NCBI GenBank assembly: GCA_035221665.1
Contig: CM069142.1
Span: forward strand, 60,574,001 to 60,638,000
Length of the DNA: 64,000 bases
Source: Okamejei kenojei
Lineage: Eukaryota
Direction: 5' to 3'
The position numbers and the translations under genes are program-made. The notes under the pieces were generated by a model. It worked only from the letters and a program-made list of their open reading frames with translations. It was not told the origin of the DNA and made no database searches. Positions 9,103 through 22,150 of this stretch are shown here, in pieces. Position 1 is the stretch's first letter; every line of letters begins with the position of its first letter.

Positions 9103-11999
9103 GTGGGGCAAGAGGCAGAGAAGGGAAGCACTCGGATCCAAAATGTAGGCGAGAAAGATGAAAAAGATAATAGACAGAGAATAAGGGATGGTGGGTTTCT
9201 AAAATGTGTATATTTTAATGCTAGGAGCATTGTAAGTAAGGTGGACGAACTTAGAGCCTGGATTGACACCTGGAAATATGATATTGTGGCAATCAGTGAA
9301 ACGTGGTTGCAGGAGGGCTGTGATTGGAAACTAAATATTCCAGGATTTCGTTGCTTCAGGTGTGATAGAATTGGAGGGACCAGAGGGGGAGGTGTTGCAT
9401 GGCTTGTCAGAGAAGATATTACAGCAGTGCTTTGGCAGGATAGATTAGAGGGCTCGTCTAGGGAGGCTATTTGGGTGGAACTGAGAAGTGGGAACGGTGT
9501 AGCAACACTTTTAGGGGTGTATTATAGACCGCCAAATGGGGAGCGTGAATTGGAAGAGCAAATATGTAAGGAGATAGCAGATATTAGTAGTAAGCACAAG
9601 GTAGTGATTGTGGGAGATTTCAATTTTCCAAAAATAGACTGTGAAACACATTCTGTAAATGGGCTGGATGGTTTGGAGTTTGTAAAATGTGTGCAGGATA
9701 GTTTTTTGCAGCAGTACATAGAGGTATCGACCAGAGAAGGGGCAGTGCTGGGCCTCCTGTTAGGAAATGAGGCAGGTCAGGTGACGGAGGTATGCGTTGG
9801 TGAGCACTTCGGGACCAGTGATCACAATACCATTAGTTTCAATATAATTATGGAGAGAGTCAGAACTGGACCTAGGGTGGAGATTTTTGATTGGAGAAAG
9901 GCTAACTTTGAGGGAATGCGTAAGGATTTTAAAGGAGTGAATTGGGACACTTTGTTTCATGGGAAGGATGTAGAAGAGAAATGGAGGACATTTAAAGGGG
10001 AAATTGTAAGAGTACAGAATCTTTATGTCCCTGTTAGGTTGAAAGGAAATAGTAAAATTTGGAAAAAGCCATGGTTTTCAAGGGAAATTGGACACTTGTT
10101 TCGAAAAAAGAGAGATGTCTACAATAATTATAGGAGGCATGGAGTAAATGAGGTGCTAGAGGAGTATAAAGAATGTAAAAAGAATCTTAAGAAAGAAATT
10201 AGGAAGGCTAAAAGAAGATATGAGGTTGCTGTGGCAAGAAAGGTGAAAATAAACCCAAAGGGTTTCTACAGCTATATTAATAGCAAAAGGATAACGAGGG
10301 ATAAAATTGGACCATTAGAGAACCAGAATGGACAGCTATCTGCAGAGCCAAAAGAGATGGGGGAGATATTGAACAATTTATTTTCTTCGGTATTCACCAA
10401 GGAGAAGGATATTGAACTCTGTGAGTTAAGGGGAAAAAGTAGAATAGCTATGGAAACTATGAGATTCAAAGAGGAGGAAGTACTGACACTTTTGAAAAAT
10501 ATAAAAGTGGATAAGTCTCCAGGTCCTGACAGGATATTCCCTAGGACATTGATGGAAGTTAGTGTAGAAATAGCAGGAACTATGACAGAAATATTTCAAA
10601 TGTCATTAGAAACGGGAATAGTGCCGGAGGATTGGCGTACTGCGCATGTTGTTCCATTGTTTAAAAAGGGTTCAAAGAATAAACCTAGCAATTATAGACC
10701 TATTAGTTTGACGTCAGTGGTGGGCAAATTAATGGAAAGGATACTTAGAGATAATATATATAAGCATCTGGATAAACAGGGTCTGATCAGGAACAGTCAA
10801 CATGGATTTGTGCCTGGAAGGTCATGTTTGACAAACCTTCTTGAATTTTTTGAAGCGGTAACTAGGGAAATTGATGAGGGTAAAGCAGTGGATGTTGTCT
10901 ATATGGATTTCAGTAAGGCCTTTGACAAGGTTCCCCATGGAAGGTTGGTTAAGAAGGTTCAATCTTTGGGTGTTAATGGCGGAGTAGCAAGATGGATTCA
11001 ACAGTGGCTGAATGGGAGATGTCAGAGAGTAATGGTGGATGGCTGTTTGTCAGGTTGGAAGCCGGTGACCAGTGGGGTGCCTCAGGGATCTGTGTTGGGA
11101 CCACTGTTGTTTGTCATGTACATCAATGATCTGGATGATGGGGTGGAAAATTGGATAAGTAAGTATGCAGATGATACTAAGATAGGTGGTGTTGTGGATA
11201 ATGAAGTAGATTTTCAAAGTCTACAGAGAGATTTGGGCCATTTGGAAAAGTGGGCTGAAAGATGGAGTTTAATGCTGATAAGTGTGAAGTGCTACATCTT
11301 GGCAGGACAAATCAAAATAGGACGTACATGGTAAATGGTAGGGAATTGAGGAATGCTGTGGAACAGAGGGATCTAGGAATAACTGTGCATAGTTCCCTGA
11401 AGGTGGAATCGCATGTAGATAGGGTGGTAAAGAAAGCCTTTGGTGTGCTGGCCTTTATAAATCAGAGCATTGAATATAGGAGTAGGGAAGTAATGTTAAA
11501 ATTGTACAAGGCATTGGTAAGACCAATTCTGGAGTATGGTGTACAATTTTGGTCGCCTAGTTATAGGAAGGATGTCAACAAAATAGAGAGAGTACAGAGG
11601 AGATTTACTAGAATGTTGCCAGGGTTCCAGCAACTATGTTATAGAGAAAGGTTAAACAAGTTAGGTCTTTATTCTTTGGAGCGCAGAAGGTTAAGGGGGG
11701 ACTTGATTGAGGTCTTTAAAATGATGAAAGGGATAGACAGAGTTGACGTGGATACGTTTTTCCCATTGAGGGTAGGGAAGATTCAAACAAGAGGGCATGA
11801 TATGAGAATTAAGGGACAGAGGTTTCGGGGTAATGTGAGGGGGAACTTCTTTACTCAGAGGGTGGTGGCTGTGTGGAATGAGCTTCCAGCAGAAGTGGTG
11901 GAGGCAGGATCGATTTTAACATTTAAGAGTAAAGTGGATAGGTATATGGACGTGAAGGGAATGGAGGGGTATGGTCTGAGTGCAGGTAGATGGGACTAG
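9103..11999 (+). pseudogene. CR1 ORF2 (APE endonuclease + reverse transcriptase), single frameshift at ~11262
   Basis: APE motifs NARSI, ETW, YRPP, GDFN, SDH; RT motifs NYRPISLTS, GVPQGSVLGP, YADD. ORFs 9103-11334 and 11262-11999 join at 'AERW|MEFN', where the expected 'WQMEF' has lost 7 bp. Confidence 0.92.
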
Positions 12000-13284
12000 G
12001 GGAAAACAAATGGTCGGCACGGACTGGAAGGGCCGAGAGGGCCTGTTTCCGTGCTGTAATTGTTATATGGTTATATGGTTTCTCTGAAATGCATTAATGG
12101 ACCAGCTAGGTTCTACAACTATCTGGTAGTTTAGCGGTACACCATGGAAACAGGCCCTTCAGTCCATGCAGATTATCGCTCGCCTGTTCACCCTAGTTCT
12201 ATGCTAAACCCCATCTTTCCCATCCACTCTACTCAGCAGGGGCAATTTACAGAGGGCCAATTAGCTGACAAACAAGAGCACCCGGAGGAACATGCAAACT
12301 CCCCACAGACAGCCCCGAGGTCAGGACCGAACGAGTCTCTGGTGCTGTGCAGCAGCGGTTCGACCAGCTGAGCCACAGGGCCACCATGTAGTTTCATCGT
12401 TTCCATTTCTGCAGTGCTAGCGTTATTTGATTAAGTGGATTAAAGTTCCCTGTCGGCCATAGTAGAATTTAGACATGTCCCTGATTCATTGATCCATGCC
12501 TCATTCCCCCTAACCTAATTATTATGCTACTCTAGCCTCTTTGCTTCTTTGTCCATGTTATTTGTGAGGCTTATCTAATAAATATGCATACATTGACTTC
12601 CACAATCATGGTCTGCTCCCCCTAGAATAACCGATAATTTATTTATAGTTCATTTCTTAATTCTGTTGTTGAATTTTATGTGCCTGCAAATCTGCAGAGA
12701 GTTGGAATTCCATTGTTCCAGTCACAATGTTTATGGCAATTTAACTCTCCTGACTCATAAATGTATAGTTGAACACTCTCATTACATGGCTCATCCATAC
12801 TCTCTGGGCTGGTGGTGAGTGGACTGATGGCTGGTCGGGGGACTCATCTGTGAAAGCCAGTGAGTGTTGGCACTGTTTCTTGACTAGCTCTCTGCTATTT
12901 CACCAAATCTGCCCATTTCTGCGCCCATAACAGCATCTGTTTCAAAAAAACCTGCTGCCGAATCCTGCAGCCAAGATATGATTATTTGCAAATTTTGGCT
13001 TGGGCAAGCCTGTCCTGGTCGGCCTCCATAAATGTGAGCAGCAGAATCTTTTTATTGCATGTGAACTGGTTCACGCCGTTCATTCACTCATCTCTCCTGA
13101 ACTCACTGACCATGGTTGGCTTCAGCTCCAACGGATAAAAAAGATTATGACGACCTCAGCCATGCCTTCTGGTATTCACAGCAATTCAAGAGGTATTAAA
13201 AGATCAATGAAAACATTTGAAATAAATTTAAAGACGGGAAAGAACGTTTCTCTAAAACTACTTCAAATTGTGAAGTTGCAGTTT

Positions 13285-13830
13285 GATAAGACGCATTGGT
13301 GAGGCCACATTGAGAGTATTGTATTCAATTTTGGGCACCATTTTACAGGAAAGATGTTGTCAAGCTGGAAAGTGTGCAGAGAAGATTTACGAGTATGTTG
13401 CCAGGACTCGAGGGCCTGGGCTATAGGGAGAGGTTGGGCAGGCTAGAACTCTTATAGAAGTGTACAGAATCGTGAGAGGAATAGCTCCGATAAGCGCACA
13501 GAGTCTCTTGCCCAGAATAGGGAAATCGAGAACCAGAGGACACACGTTTAAGGTGGGGGGGGGGGGGGGGGGTGGTTTGGATTTAATAAGAACCAGAGGG
13601 GTAACTGATTTATACAAAGGGTGGCAGGTGTATGGAATGAGCTGCCAGAGGAGGTAGTTGAGGCAGGTACTATTGCAACGTTGTATAAACATTTAGACAG
13701 ATACATGGATTGGATAGGATAGGTTTGGAGGGATGTGGGTCAAATGTAGTCAGGTGAGACTTGCGTAGATGGGACATGTCGGTCGGTGTGAGCAAATTGG
13801 GCCGATGGACCTTTTTCCATGCTGTATAAC
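13285..13830 (+). mobile_element. CR1 LINE 3' fragment (degraded)
   Basis: LVRPHLEY..QFW..RKDV..LE.VQRRFT-like remnants and CR1 3' tail. Confidence 0.8.
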
Positions 13831-14139
13831 TGCATGACACGCAGTCTGAAATGCAATATTGGTACAAAATTACAATTTAAAATGATTTGAGTCATGGGAT
13901 CCTAGTCCAGGCCCTCACTGCCAGAAGCCTAATGTTACATCTCCCAATTGCTTCCAATTTGTGAATAACCTTACACATTTTCAGTGCCTATACCCAAATA
14001 TCTTTACTCAGTTTATTCTCACAAACAGACCTCACCGAGTCAGAAGTTACATTAGCCATGATCTTTTATGCTTAGCCGACTGATTACAAAGGCTTCCTCA
14101 GGATGGTCTGCCTTTGCTAAACAAGTCTGCTTCACCTAC

Positions 14140-14201
14140 CTCCAAAACGTTGCTGTGCGTTTCTCTAGACCTCATATCAATCCAGTAAGGTGAAGTTAAA
14201 C
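14140..14201 (-). CDS. IGSF5: Candidate IGSF5-like cytoplasmic exon (SLTSPYWIDMRSRETHSNVLE)
   Basis: ttcctggtcAG acceptor and GAG|GTAGGT donor. The phase-1 start is compatible with exon 18031-18143 and the frame is open. No homology support. Confidence 0.35.
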
Positions 14202-14391
14202 CTGACCAGGAAACAATAACAAGAACAACTTAAATCTAGTTTGCACTGTTGTATGTTCACAAGCAGCTTTAATAATCTTCGCCTTTATAATCACAGGTTA
14301 CAAATTATGATATGGCCATTATTATTTGTTACAGCAGTTGAGTCTTCATTGTAACCAGGATGGAATTATCCAGCTTTGCCGAGCATCTTTA

Positions 14392-14692
14392 CTTTAGACT
14401 TTAGAATATGGCACGGAAACAGGCCGTTCGGCCCACTGAGTCCATGCTGACCACTGATCTCCCTGCACTAACACCATTCTACACACAAGGGACAACTTAC
14501 AATTTACAGAAGCCAATTAACCTACAAACCTGCATGTCTTTGGAGTGTAGGAGAAAGCCGGTGTACCTGGAGAAAACCCACACAGTCACAGGGGAGACCG
14601 TGCAAACTCCACACACACAGCAACTGTATGCAGGATCAAACCAGATCACTGGCGCTGTAAGACAGCAACTCTACCGCTGCACTACTGTGTCG
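14392..14692 (-). mobile_element. HE1-like SINE
   Basis: Reverse-strand SINE with GGAAACAGGCC tail and tRNA-like head. Confidence 0.75.
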
Positions 14693-15229
14693 CTTGATGA
14701 AGCATCTCCTGCACCAGTCCACATCGCAACTCAGTGCTAATTTTCATTCCCACTCTTGCTCTGACCCTTCTGTTCTTGGCCCCGTGCACTGATATTAATG
14801 ATGCCCAGTGTAAACTTGAGGAACATCTTCCATCTGGACTTTTGCAATCTTCAATACTGAACTCTCCAACTGCAGGTGACTTGCTTTCTCTGCCTGTATC
14901 AAGTATGGCCATTTCTCCTGGAAATTATCTGGCTCAGTTTTCTCTTTACTTTCACAGCACAACCTGTCCTACAGGCCGGTGTTTTTGCAACTGGTAAAGT
15001 TTCTTCGTTGGTGTTATCATTCCCTCACTGTGCTTATCTCAAGTCTTTTGTTTATTTCCTCCCATTGCCCCCATTAACCCATCGATTGGATGAGCTTTAG
15101 AACTTATCCCCACATTAACCCTGGCCTCACCCTATCACAGACGTTTCCTTTGTCCTATCCATCTAGCAACCGCACCCAACCAACCAACACTCTGTCCACT
15201 CCTCTTGCTTTTCCCTTTCCCACTTTTCC

Positions 15230-15530
15230 AGAACCAGGGGCCACAGTTTAAGAATAAGTGGTAAGCCATTTAGAAGGGAGGGGAGGAAACACTTTTTCCT
15301 CACAGAGAGTTGTGAGTGTGTGGAATTCTCTTCCTCAGAGGGCGATGGAGGCAGGCTCTCTGGATGCTTTCAAGAGAGAGCTAGATAGGGCTCTTAAAAA
15401 TAGCGGAGTCAGGGATATGGGGAGACGGCAGGAACGGGGTACTGATTGGGGATGATCAACCATGATCACATTGAATGGCGGTGCTGGCTCGAAGGGCCGA
15501 ATGGCCTACTCCTGCACCTATTGTCTATTG
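15230..15530 (+). mobile_element. CR1 LINE 3' end
   Basis: RTRGHSLRI..FSQRVVSVWNSLPQRA..FKRELD, then a GAAGGGCCGAATGGCCTACTCC tail. Confidence 0.85.
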
Positions 15531-18030
15531 CTGATGAAGGGTCGTATGTTAACGGTATTGCTCTTTCCACAGGTGCTGCCCGGCCTGCTGATTGCTTCCA
15601 GTAGTTTCAGTTGATACTTTAGATTTCCAACAGTTTTTTTTAAACATTTCATTTACTGTTGAATTGCCTATTTTGTTTTTTGAAGCTGCTTTCTTATTTG
15701 CAGTGTTTCCATCCAAATCCAGTGGATATGAACGGCAAATCAGTCCCAAAGCAGCCACTGCTATATTTGAAAGCAGCCTATTGAATTGAATGATGCCAAC
15801 GGATCATTGAACCATGATACAATGCTGTACAGAAGGAGATGATTTGATCGATTTACCTACATCAGCTCCTTGTAAGAGATATTTATTCTTATTTTATTCA
15901 TCCACAGGATAGACAAGAGCATGATTTATTGGCCATCCCTACTTGCCTCTGATTTGTGATGTTTATTTTCAAAATTTTTAAAGTGTTGTTATAAGTTAAC
16001 CATAGCCACTGCTATCATATTATGCAATTAGTTCTCCATATAAAGGAAGCTAATGGACCTGTAAGGTTTTTATGACAATCTAATAGTCTTCTTCCCAGCA
16101 GAGGCAACTCGACCACTGCGACACAACCATTGAAAATGCCTGTTCCTTTTCTCCAGAAATGGGGGTGGTACTGTGGCGCAGCGGTAGAGTTGCTGCCTTA
16201 CAGCACCAGAGACCCGGTTTCGATCCTGACATATTGAGCTAGTTCTATGTTACCCTACTTTTGCATCCACCACCTACACACTTTACAATTTATAGAGGCC
16301 AATTAACCTACAAGTCTGCACATCTTTGGGATGTGCGAGGAAACTGGAACACCCACAGGAAACCCACACGGTCACGGGTGGAACATGCAAACTCCACACA
16401 GACAGCACCCGAGGTCAGGATCGAACCCAGGTCTCTGGCAAAGTGCAGCAGTGGCTCTACTGGCTGCACCTGGGTGGTTCTCACGTTTGGTGTGATTTGC
16501 CTGCATTGCGGGCAGAACAAAGTGAGAATAATGAACAAAAATATCAATTAATAATACAAAATTTAATTCCAGAATATATTTAATTATCTGAATTGAAACA
16601 TGTTGCTGGATCCTCAGGTCATCGGATGCTCGTCCAATAACCTTCATCAGCCTCGTGTGCTGCCCTATTGCATACTTTGCCCTGTCCTTTTCCCCAAAAG
16701 CTCTGCGAATGCTTCCCGTTAATAAATTTATCCAATTCCTTTTGAATGTCACTGCTACCGCTACCCTTTCTGGCAGTGTGCTCCAAATCATATCAGAGAT
16801 GTACTTCTTAACTCACTGCTGGAGCTTTTGACCTGAATGCAGTGTCCACAAATAATTAACTCTTCCGCAACTAGAAAATTAATTCACCTTGTTTACTCAA
16901 AATGAAAATGTTTCGCCCATCAAGTTGACACCTCAGTGTTTCCAGGTATCTGAAGACCCTCACCCGTGTTATTATTGAGTGTCTTCCCGCACTGTATCTA
17001 AAATGTAATGCACAGAGCTGGAGTCTCTGGGAGAAGTCTAATGGGTAAACCCTCTCATTTTGTTAGATGCAATGGATAATTTAAGAAGCGTAGGAAGGCA
17101 CTGCAGATGCTGGTTTAAACCGAAGATAGACACAGAATTCTGGAAATACTCAGCTGGACAGGCGGCATCTCTCGAAAGAAGGAATGGGTGACGTTTCGGG
17201 TCGAGACCCTTCTTCTGAACTTGAAGGTTCAGTTTAACTTTCTTGTTTTTATAATCAGTCTTTTTTATAATATTGGATTTTGCTGCAGTGTTTTTTCATT
17301 AAACTTTATCTAGCTTGTTAAGACATTCACTAACACCTTCACAGCAGGATTACCCTCTCATTTTGCTGGATGTAATTAGAATAACCTGCTGGATGCAGGC
17401 ACTATCACAAAGTTTAAGCAGGTACTATTGCAATGTTAGGGTCGTTTTTGAGGGATATAGGCCAAAAGCAGGCAGGTAGGACTAGTGTAGATGGGGCATG
17501 TTGGTCGGCGTGGGCAAGTTGGGCCGAAGGGCCTGATTCCACACTGCATGGCTCTATGGCTCTATGACTCTAACCTGGTATAATCCATCACTCGCCTTCC
17601 TGTTTCCATTCCTCCTGAGGTGGGAAGCAAGCACCATTTTGTGTGATCAACTTATTTAAATGATTTGTCTATGGCAACAATGTGCCTGAACCTGTTATCT
17701 AAAAAAAGACACAAAGTGCTGGAGTAACTCAACAGGTCAGGCAGCATCCATGGAGAACATGGATAAACGACATTTCGGGCACTCTAGCATTTCTTCAGCA
17801 ATTCACCACTAAAAATCAGCATCTGCAGTTCCTTGTTTCAATATGCTATCCAATGTGTGTAGGAAGGAACTGCAGTTGCTGGTCTGCACCGAAGATAGAC
17901 ACAAAATGCTGGAACCCGTTTTGTGTTATCCAATCTCAATCGAAGATCAATACAAGATCTCCAAATAGTTGCGAGAGGTCACAGGAGGAGAGGGACATAT
18001 TTTCAACTGTGAACATAGTTCAGCACTTAC

Positions 18031-18143
18031 TTGGGGAAAATTGGTAATCATTTTCACTTCCAATGGACATTCCAATGTTATCCACACCGTATATTTCTTT
18101 ACCATCTGTGGTCATCTCATGTGGAGTCTTTGGTAACCTTCTC
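18031..18143 (-). CDS. IGSF5: IGSF5-like cytoplasmic exon (RRLPKTPHEMTTDGKEIYGVDNIGMSIGSENDYQFSP)
   Basis: ttcatAG acceptor and A|GTAAGT donor. Phase 2-1 matches the preceding micro-exon. 'GVDNIGM' resembles the G-x-E/D-N-x-G motif of IGSF5 tails. Confidence 0.7.
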
Positions 18144-18894
18144 CTATGAATGATAAATGCAGGTTGAAATTATTGAACAACAGGAAATGTAGCTCTAATA
18201 GAGGCAAATAATGTTATGTGGAGAAAGTGCACGTGGGTTTCTTCTAAGTGAGAATAAAGCCTGTCGTTTTCTCACTACTGGGAGGGAGCAGATGGGATCA
18301 GTGCTAAATCACAGTTTAAGTGTGAAAGACCCCGTGATTCAAAACACGTGAGAAGGGTTTTTTTAATACAACACTACAGAGAGGGGGGAAAAAAACAGGT
18401 TTCAATTCATAATTTATCTGATGAAGTAACGACATAAAATTTACATCACATTAATGGCCGTCGCTGTGGTGAGATTTGTACTTCACAGAAACTTACTCTC
18501 ACCCTGTCTCATCCAATTCCTCACCTTCAGATTTTTTTTTTTCTCTCAGTATTTTATTTTCTACATGACTGCCTAAAGCGGCTGACAGCAGAGCAAGTCA
18601 AAGGACTGCAGTTTCTCCACATCCACCCACGGATGTGCTGAAGAATTAAGCAGCCCCAGTGTGAGAAGGTTGTTCCATTTTGTACGTTCAGCACCTGGGC
18701 ACTGAACAACACACCATGTTATTCATAAGGGAACAGTGCTCACCCACACCTCTAAGCAATATTCCTCCCTCCATTAACAAATCAGTAAAAGGTGACTGAC
18801 TATAATCATTAACTTGACTATTTATCTCCTCTCGTTGTGGAGCCTATTGATTCTATTCCCTAGCATGACGATAGTCACTCCATTTTAAGTTAAG

Positions 18895-19204
18895 AGGCGG
18901 CACGGTGTCGCAGCGGTAGAGTTGCTGCCTTACAGCGCCAGAGACCCGGGTTCGATCCTGACTACGGGTGCTGTCTGTACGACGTTTGTACATTCTCCTC
19001 GTGACTGCAAGTGTTTTCTCCGAGTGCTCTGGTTTCCTCCCACATTCCAAAGACATATAGGTTTATAGCTTAATTGGCTTCGGTAAACATTTTTGTCCCT
19101 AGTGTGTAGGATAGTGCTAGTGTATGGAGATCACTGTTCAGCGTGGACTCAGATGGCAGAAGGGCCTGTTTCCACGCTGTGCCTCTAATCTAAACTAAAC
19201 TAAA
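18895..19204 (+). mobile_element. Full-length HE1-like V-SINE
   Basis: tRNA-like head GGCACGGTGTCGCAGCGGTAGAG, B box GGTTCGATCC, V-domain, CR1-like tail GGGCCTGTTTCC and (AAACT)n end. Confidence 0.88.
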
Positions 19205-20414
19205 TTTCAATACAATTTAAATTGAAGAACTTTGAAATTACTCGCATTTTTGTTCCTCATGTTATGCTGGAGATTGTAATACAGATTGGCATTAACGAAT
19301 GTTAGGATTTAGAACAAGTCCATCACATTACACATACTGGATTAAGTTACTAGACCAGAACTCAAAGAGTCGGGGTCTATTAATCCGTGGACACGTGTTT
19401 GGAATCCGTCCACAGGAGCTGGGGCTTTTAAATTCAAGTAAATATTAAATATGATGAGAAAATTGCTAGACTTGCAGAAGTCATGAGGGAAGGAAATGTG
19501 CCATCTTCGTTGAGCCTGGTCTTTATGCGGCTCCAAACTCATTCTTACGTATCCCCTCGAGTGGTCTTGCAAGCCACTCAGATCATTGATTTAGGAAAGA
19601 GGACTGTGAACCAGTGAACCACTAAACTACTACATACCTGAAGACACTTCATAGGAGCATTATCGGGAAAAAAAGCCACTGAGATACGTAAGGAATGTGA
19701 TGGGAAGATGATTCCATCGTTGAGCAGCAATGTCAGCAGATGCTAGCCAGTAACTCAAACATCTTCATTGATCAGTTTACTCTTGTCATTTTTTACAGGC
19801 CTGTGTAACCATTGAGTGCATCACAGACGAGTTTGATTGGACAGTGATTTAAAAAAAACCCATAATGGAATTGTGGGTAGGCCATTTGGCCCCTTGTTTC
19901 TGCTCTGCTATTCAATAAAATATTGCCAATCTTCCATGGAAAATACCATTCTTTCTGCATTAATCCGATATCCTTTGTTGCTTTGAATCCTACAAATCTA
20001 CCAATATCTGTCTCGAATACACTCAGTATCTGAATTCCACTGCCCTCTTAGATTAAGAATTCCAAAGATTCACCATCCTCTGGATGAAAAAAATACTTCT
20101 CTCTTTTGACTTGAATGAATGATCCTTTACTTAGAGATTGTGATTCTTGATTCCAGATGCTACATCCAAGGATAATATTAACTCTGCAGCAGCCCTGTCA
20201 AGACCCCTAAGAATTCTGTAAGTGATAAGAAGATCACCTCTCCTTCTATAGACAGTGCAGGTTCAGTAGAATTTTTATTGGATCTATTTTCCACTAGAAA
20301 TTACAGGGTAGCGATAAGGAAGAGAAACATGGGTTGATTTTTCTCCTTCTGGTGATGGAGACAATGATACTAGGTCGTCTACTGACATCCTAACCAACAC
20401 TATCTAACATGTTA

Positions 20415-20630
20415 AAGGACACAAAGTGCTGGAGTGGACCCACCCTCAGTGGGTCAGGCAGCATTTCTGGAGAACATGGATAGGTAATGTTTTGGGTCGC
20501 GATCCCTGTTCAGACTGATTGTCGACTCAAAATGTCACCTATCCCTATTCGCCAGGATGTTGCCTGACCTGTTGAGCTACTCCAACACTTTGTGTCCTTT
20601 CATGTAAACCAGCATCTGTGGTTCCTTATT
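20415..20630. mobile_element. Penelope-derived inverted (hairpin) repeat
   Basis: AGGACACAAAGTGCTGGAG ... CTCCAACACTTTGTGTCCT arms enclosing pLTR-like sequence. Confidence 0.7.
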
Positions 20631-20769
20631 TCCACTGTCTAACTCATTACCATGTCTTTATATACAATGCTGCACCACATCAGGTAATCCTGCAGATAAA
20701 ATATTTCTACAGATTTACCAATTTTGGAATGTATATATCATTAAAAAAAGCGAATGGAAGCTTACTTAC

Positions 20770-20794
20770 CTTAACTCATTCTGATAGCGAGTTT
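20770..20794 (-). CDS. IGSF5: IGSF5-like 25-nt cytoplasmic micro-exon (ETRYQNELR)
   Basis: Long pyrimidine tract + tttttAG acceptor and AG|GTAAGT donor; phase 1-2 is in frame with the TM exon. Confidence 0.75.
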
Positions 20795-20918
20795 CTAAAA
20801 AGTAAAGAAAAACAAAGTTATTAACGAGGAAATTCTGCAATAGTATAATTTTTTCATTATATTGTTATAAGCAGACAATTTTTTTAGTAAAGAGTGATAT
20901 TTTTGCACAGGATGTGAA

Positions 20919-21368
20919 GGAAAGAACTGCAGATGCTGGTTTAAATCAAAGGTAGACACAAAATGCTGGAGTAACTCATGGGGACCAGTTGCTCAGCACT
21001 TTAACTCCTCCTCCCATTCCCAATCTGACCTTTCTGTCCTGGGCCTCCTCCATTGTCAGAGTGAGGCCCAGAGAAAATTGGAGGAACAGCACCTCATATT
21101 TCGCTTGGGTAGCTTACAACCCAGCGATATGAACATTGACTTCTCTAACTTCAAATGGCCCGCCCTTTCCCTCTCTCTCCATCCTCTCCCCATTCCCAGT
21201 TCTCCCATCAGTCTTACTACTGTCTCCGACTACATCCTATCACTGTACCGCCCACTCCCCTGACATCAGTCTGAATAAGGGTCTCGACCCGAAACGTCAC
21301 CTATTCCTAATCTCCAGAGATGCTTCCTGTCTTGCTGAGTTATTCCAGCATTTTGTGTCTACCTTCTA
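20919..21368 (+). mobile_element. Penelope-like element 3' fragment (GIY-YIG C-terminus + pLTR) preceded by an inverted pLTR piece
   Basis: Translates VAQHFNSSSHSQSDLSVLGLLHCQSEAQRKLEEQHLIFRLGSLQPSDMNIDFSNF. Followed by the CTGAA.AAGGGTCTCGACCCGAAACGTC motif. The 20919-20978 arm is inverted. Confidence 0.8.
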
Positions 21369-21949
21369 TTTTAACTGTACGTTTGTCTGTCTATACAGAG
21401 TCATACTCATACAGTGTGGAAACAGGCCCTTCGGCCCAAATTGCCCATACCAACCAACATGTCATATCTACACTAGTCCCACCTGCCTACTTTTGTCCAT
21501 ATCCCTCTAAACCTGTTCTATCCATCCATGTACCTGCCTAATTGATATATGTCCAGAAGGGCTAGCGGGAGAGGGAGATAAAGTGTATGTTCTTTCAGGT
21601 ATATCATCCAGTTGAATGAGCAAAGACATTAATGCAGGAGATCATCGGAGCTGAAAAACACAGGATATTGTGGTCTAGAGGCCAGAAGATCCTGAGCTTG
21701 GGTCATGGTAACCTGTGAAATGGACATAGAATGGCTTCCCAGGGGAGTTCCACATATAGGGGCGAAACATGATGGAGGGAAGACCACACATTGGATTTTA
21801 AAATACATAGTAGCGTTTGCTATTGTGGTTTTTAGCCAACGTAATAACCCCAATGTGCTGCACAGAAGTGAGTGCAATCCCTTTAGCCCATCTTGGGACA
21901 CGATTTGAAATGCAGCTTATACTGTATCTTCTTTTAACAAGACCAATCC

Positions 21950-22150
21950 ATAAGTACATAAGTTGCAGGAGCAGAATTAGGCCATTCGGCCCATCAAGTC
22001 TCCTCCGTCATTCAATCACGGCTGATCTATCTTTCCCTCTCAACCCCATTCTCCTGCCTTCTCCCCACAACCCCTGACGCCCGTACTAATCAAGAATCAA
22101 TCTATCTCCACCTGAAACACATCCATTGACTTGACCACCACAGCCCACAG
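21950..22150 (-). mobile_element. CR1 LINE 3' end
   Basis: Reverse complement of a CR1 tail (GAATTAGGCCATTCGGCCC). Confidence 0.75.

Larger units (their letters stand above)
7861..12077 (+). mobile_element. Full-length CR1-clade LINE
   Basis: 5'UTR with a repeated motif TTCAGAGGCCCACAGGAGCCGTTG, then ORF1 and ORF2. The 3' tail GGGCCTGTTTCCGTGCTGTA is followed by (TTATATGG)n. Flanking GTTTCT at 7855-7860 and 12078-12083 is a possible TSD. Confidence 0.93.

Noticed and set aside
12590-12850. Candidate terminal exons of the IGSF5-like gene
   Set aside because: Splice-like signals exist, but there is no homology or PDZ-type ending to choose among them.
18750-18850. Possible ancient Deu-domain SINE remnant
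   Set aside because: The similarity is too weak to support by eye.
18895-18975. tRNA gene-like sequences (A/B boxes), here and in many other places
   Set aside because: They are SINE heads continuing into the V-domain and LINE-like tail, not stand-alone tRNA genes.
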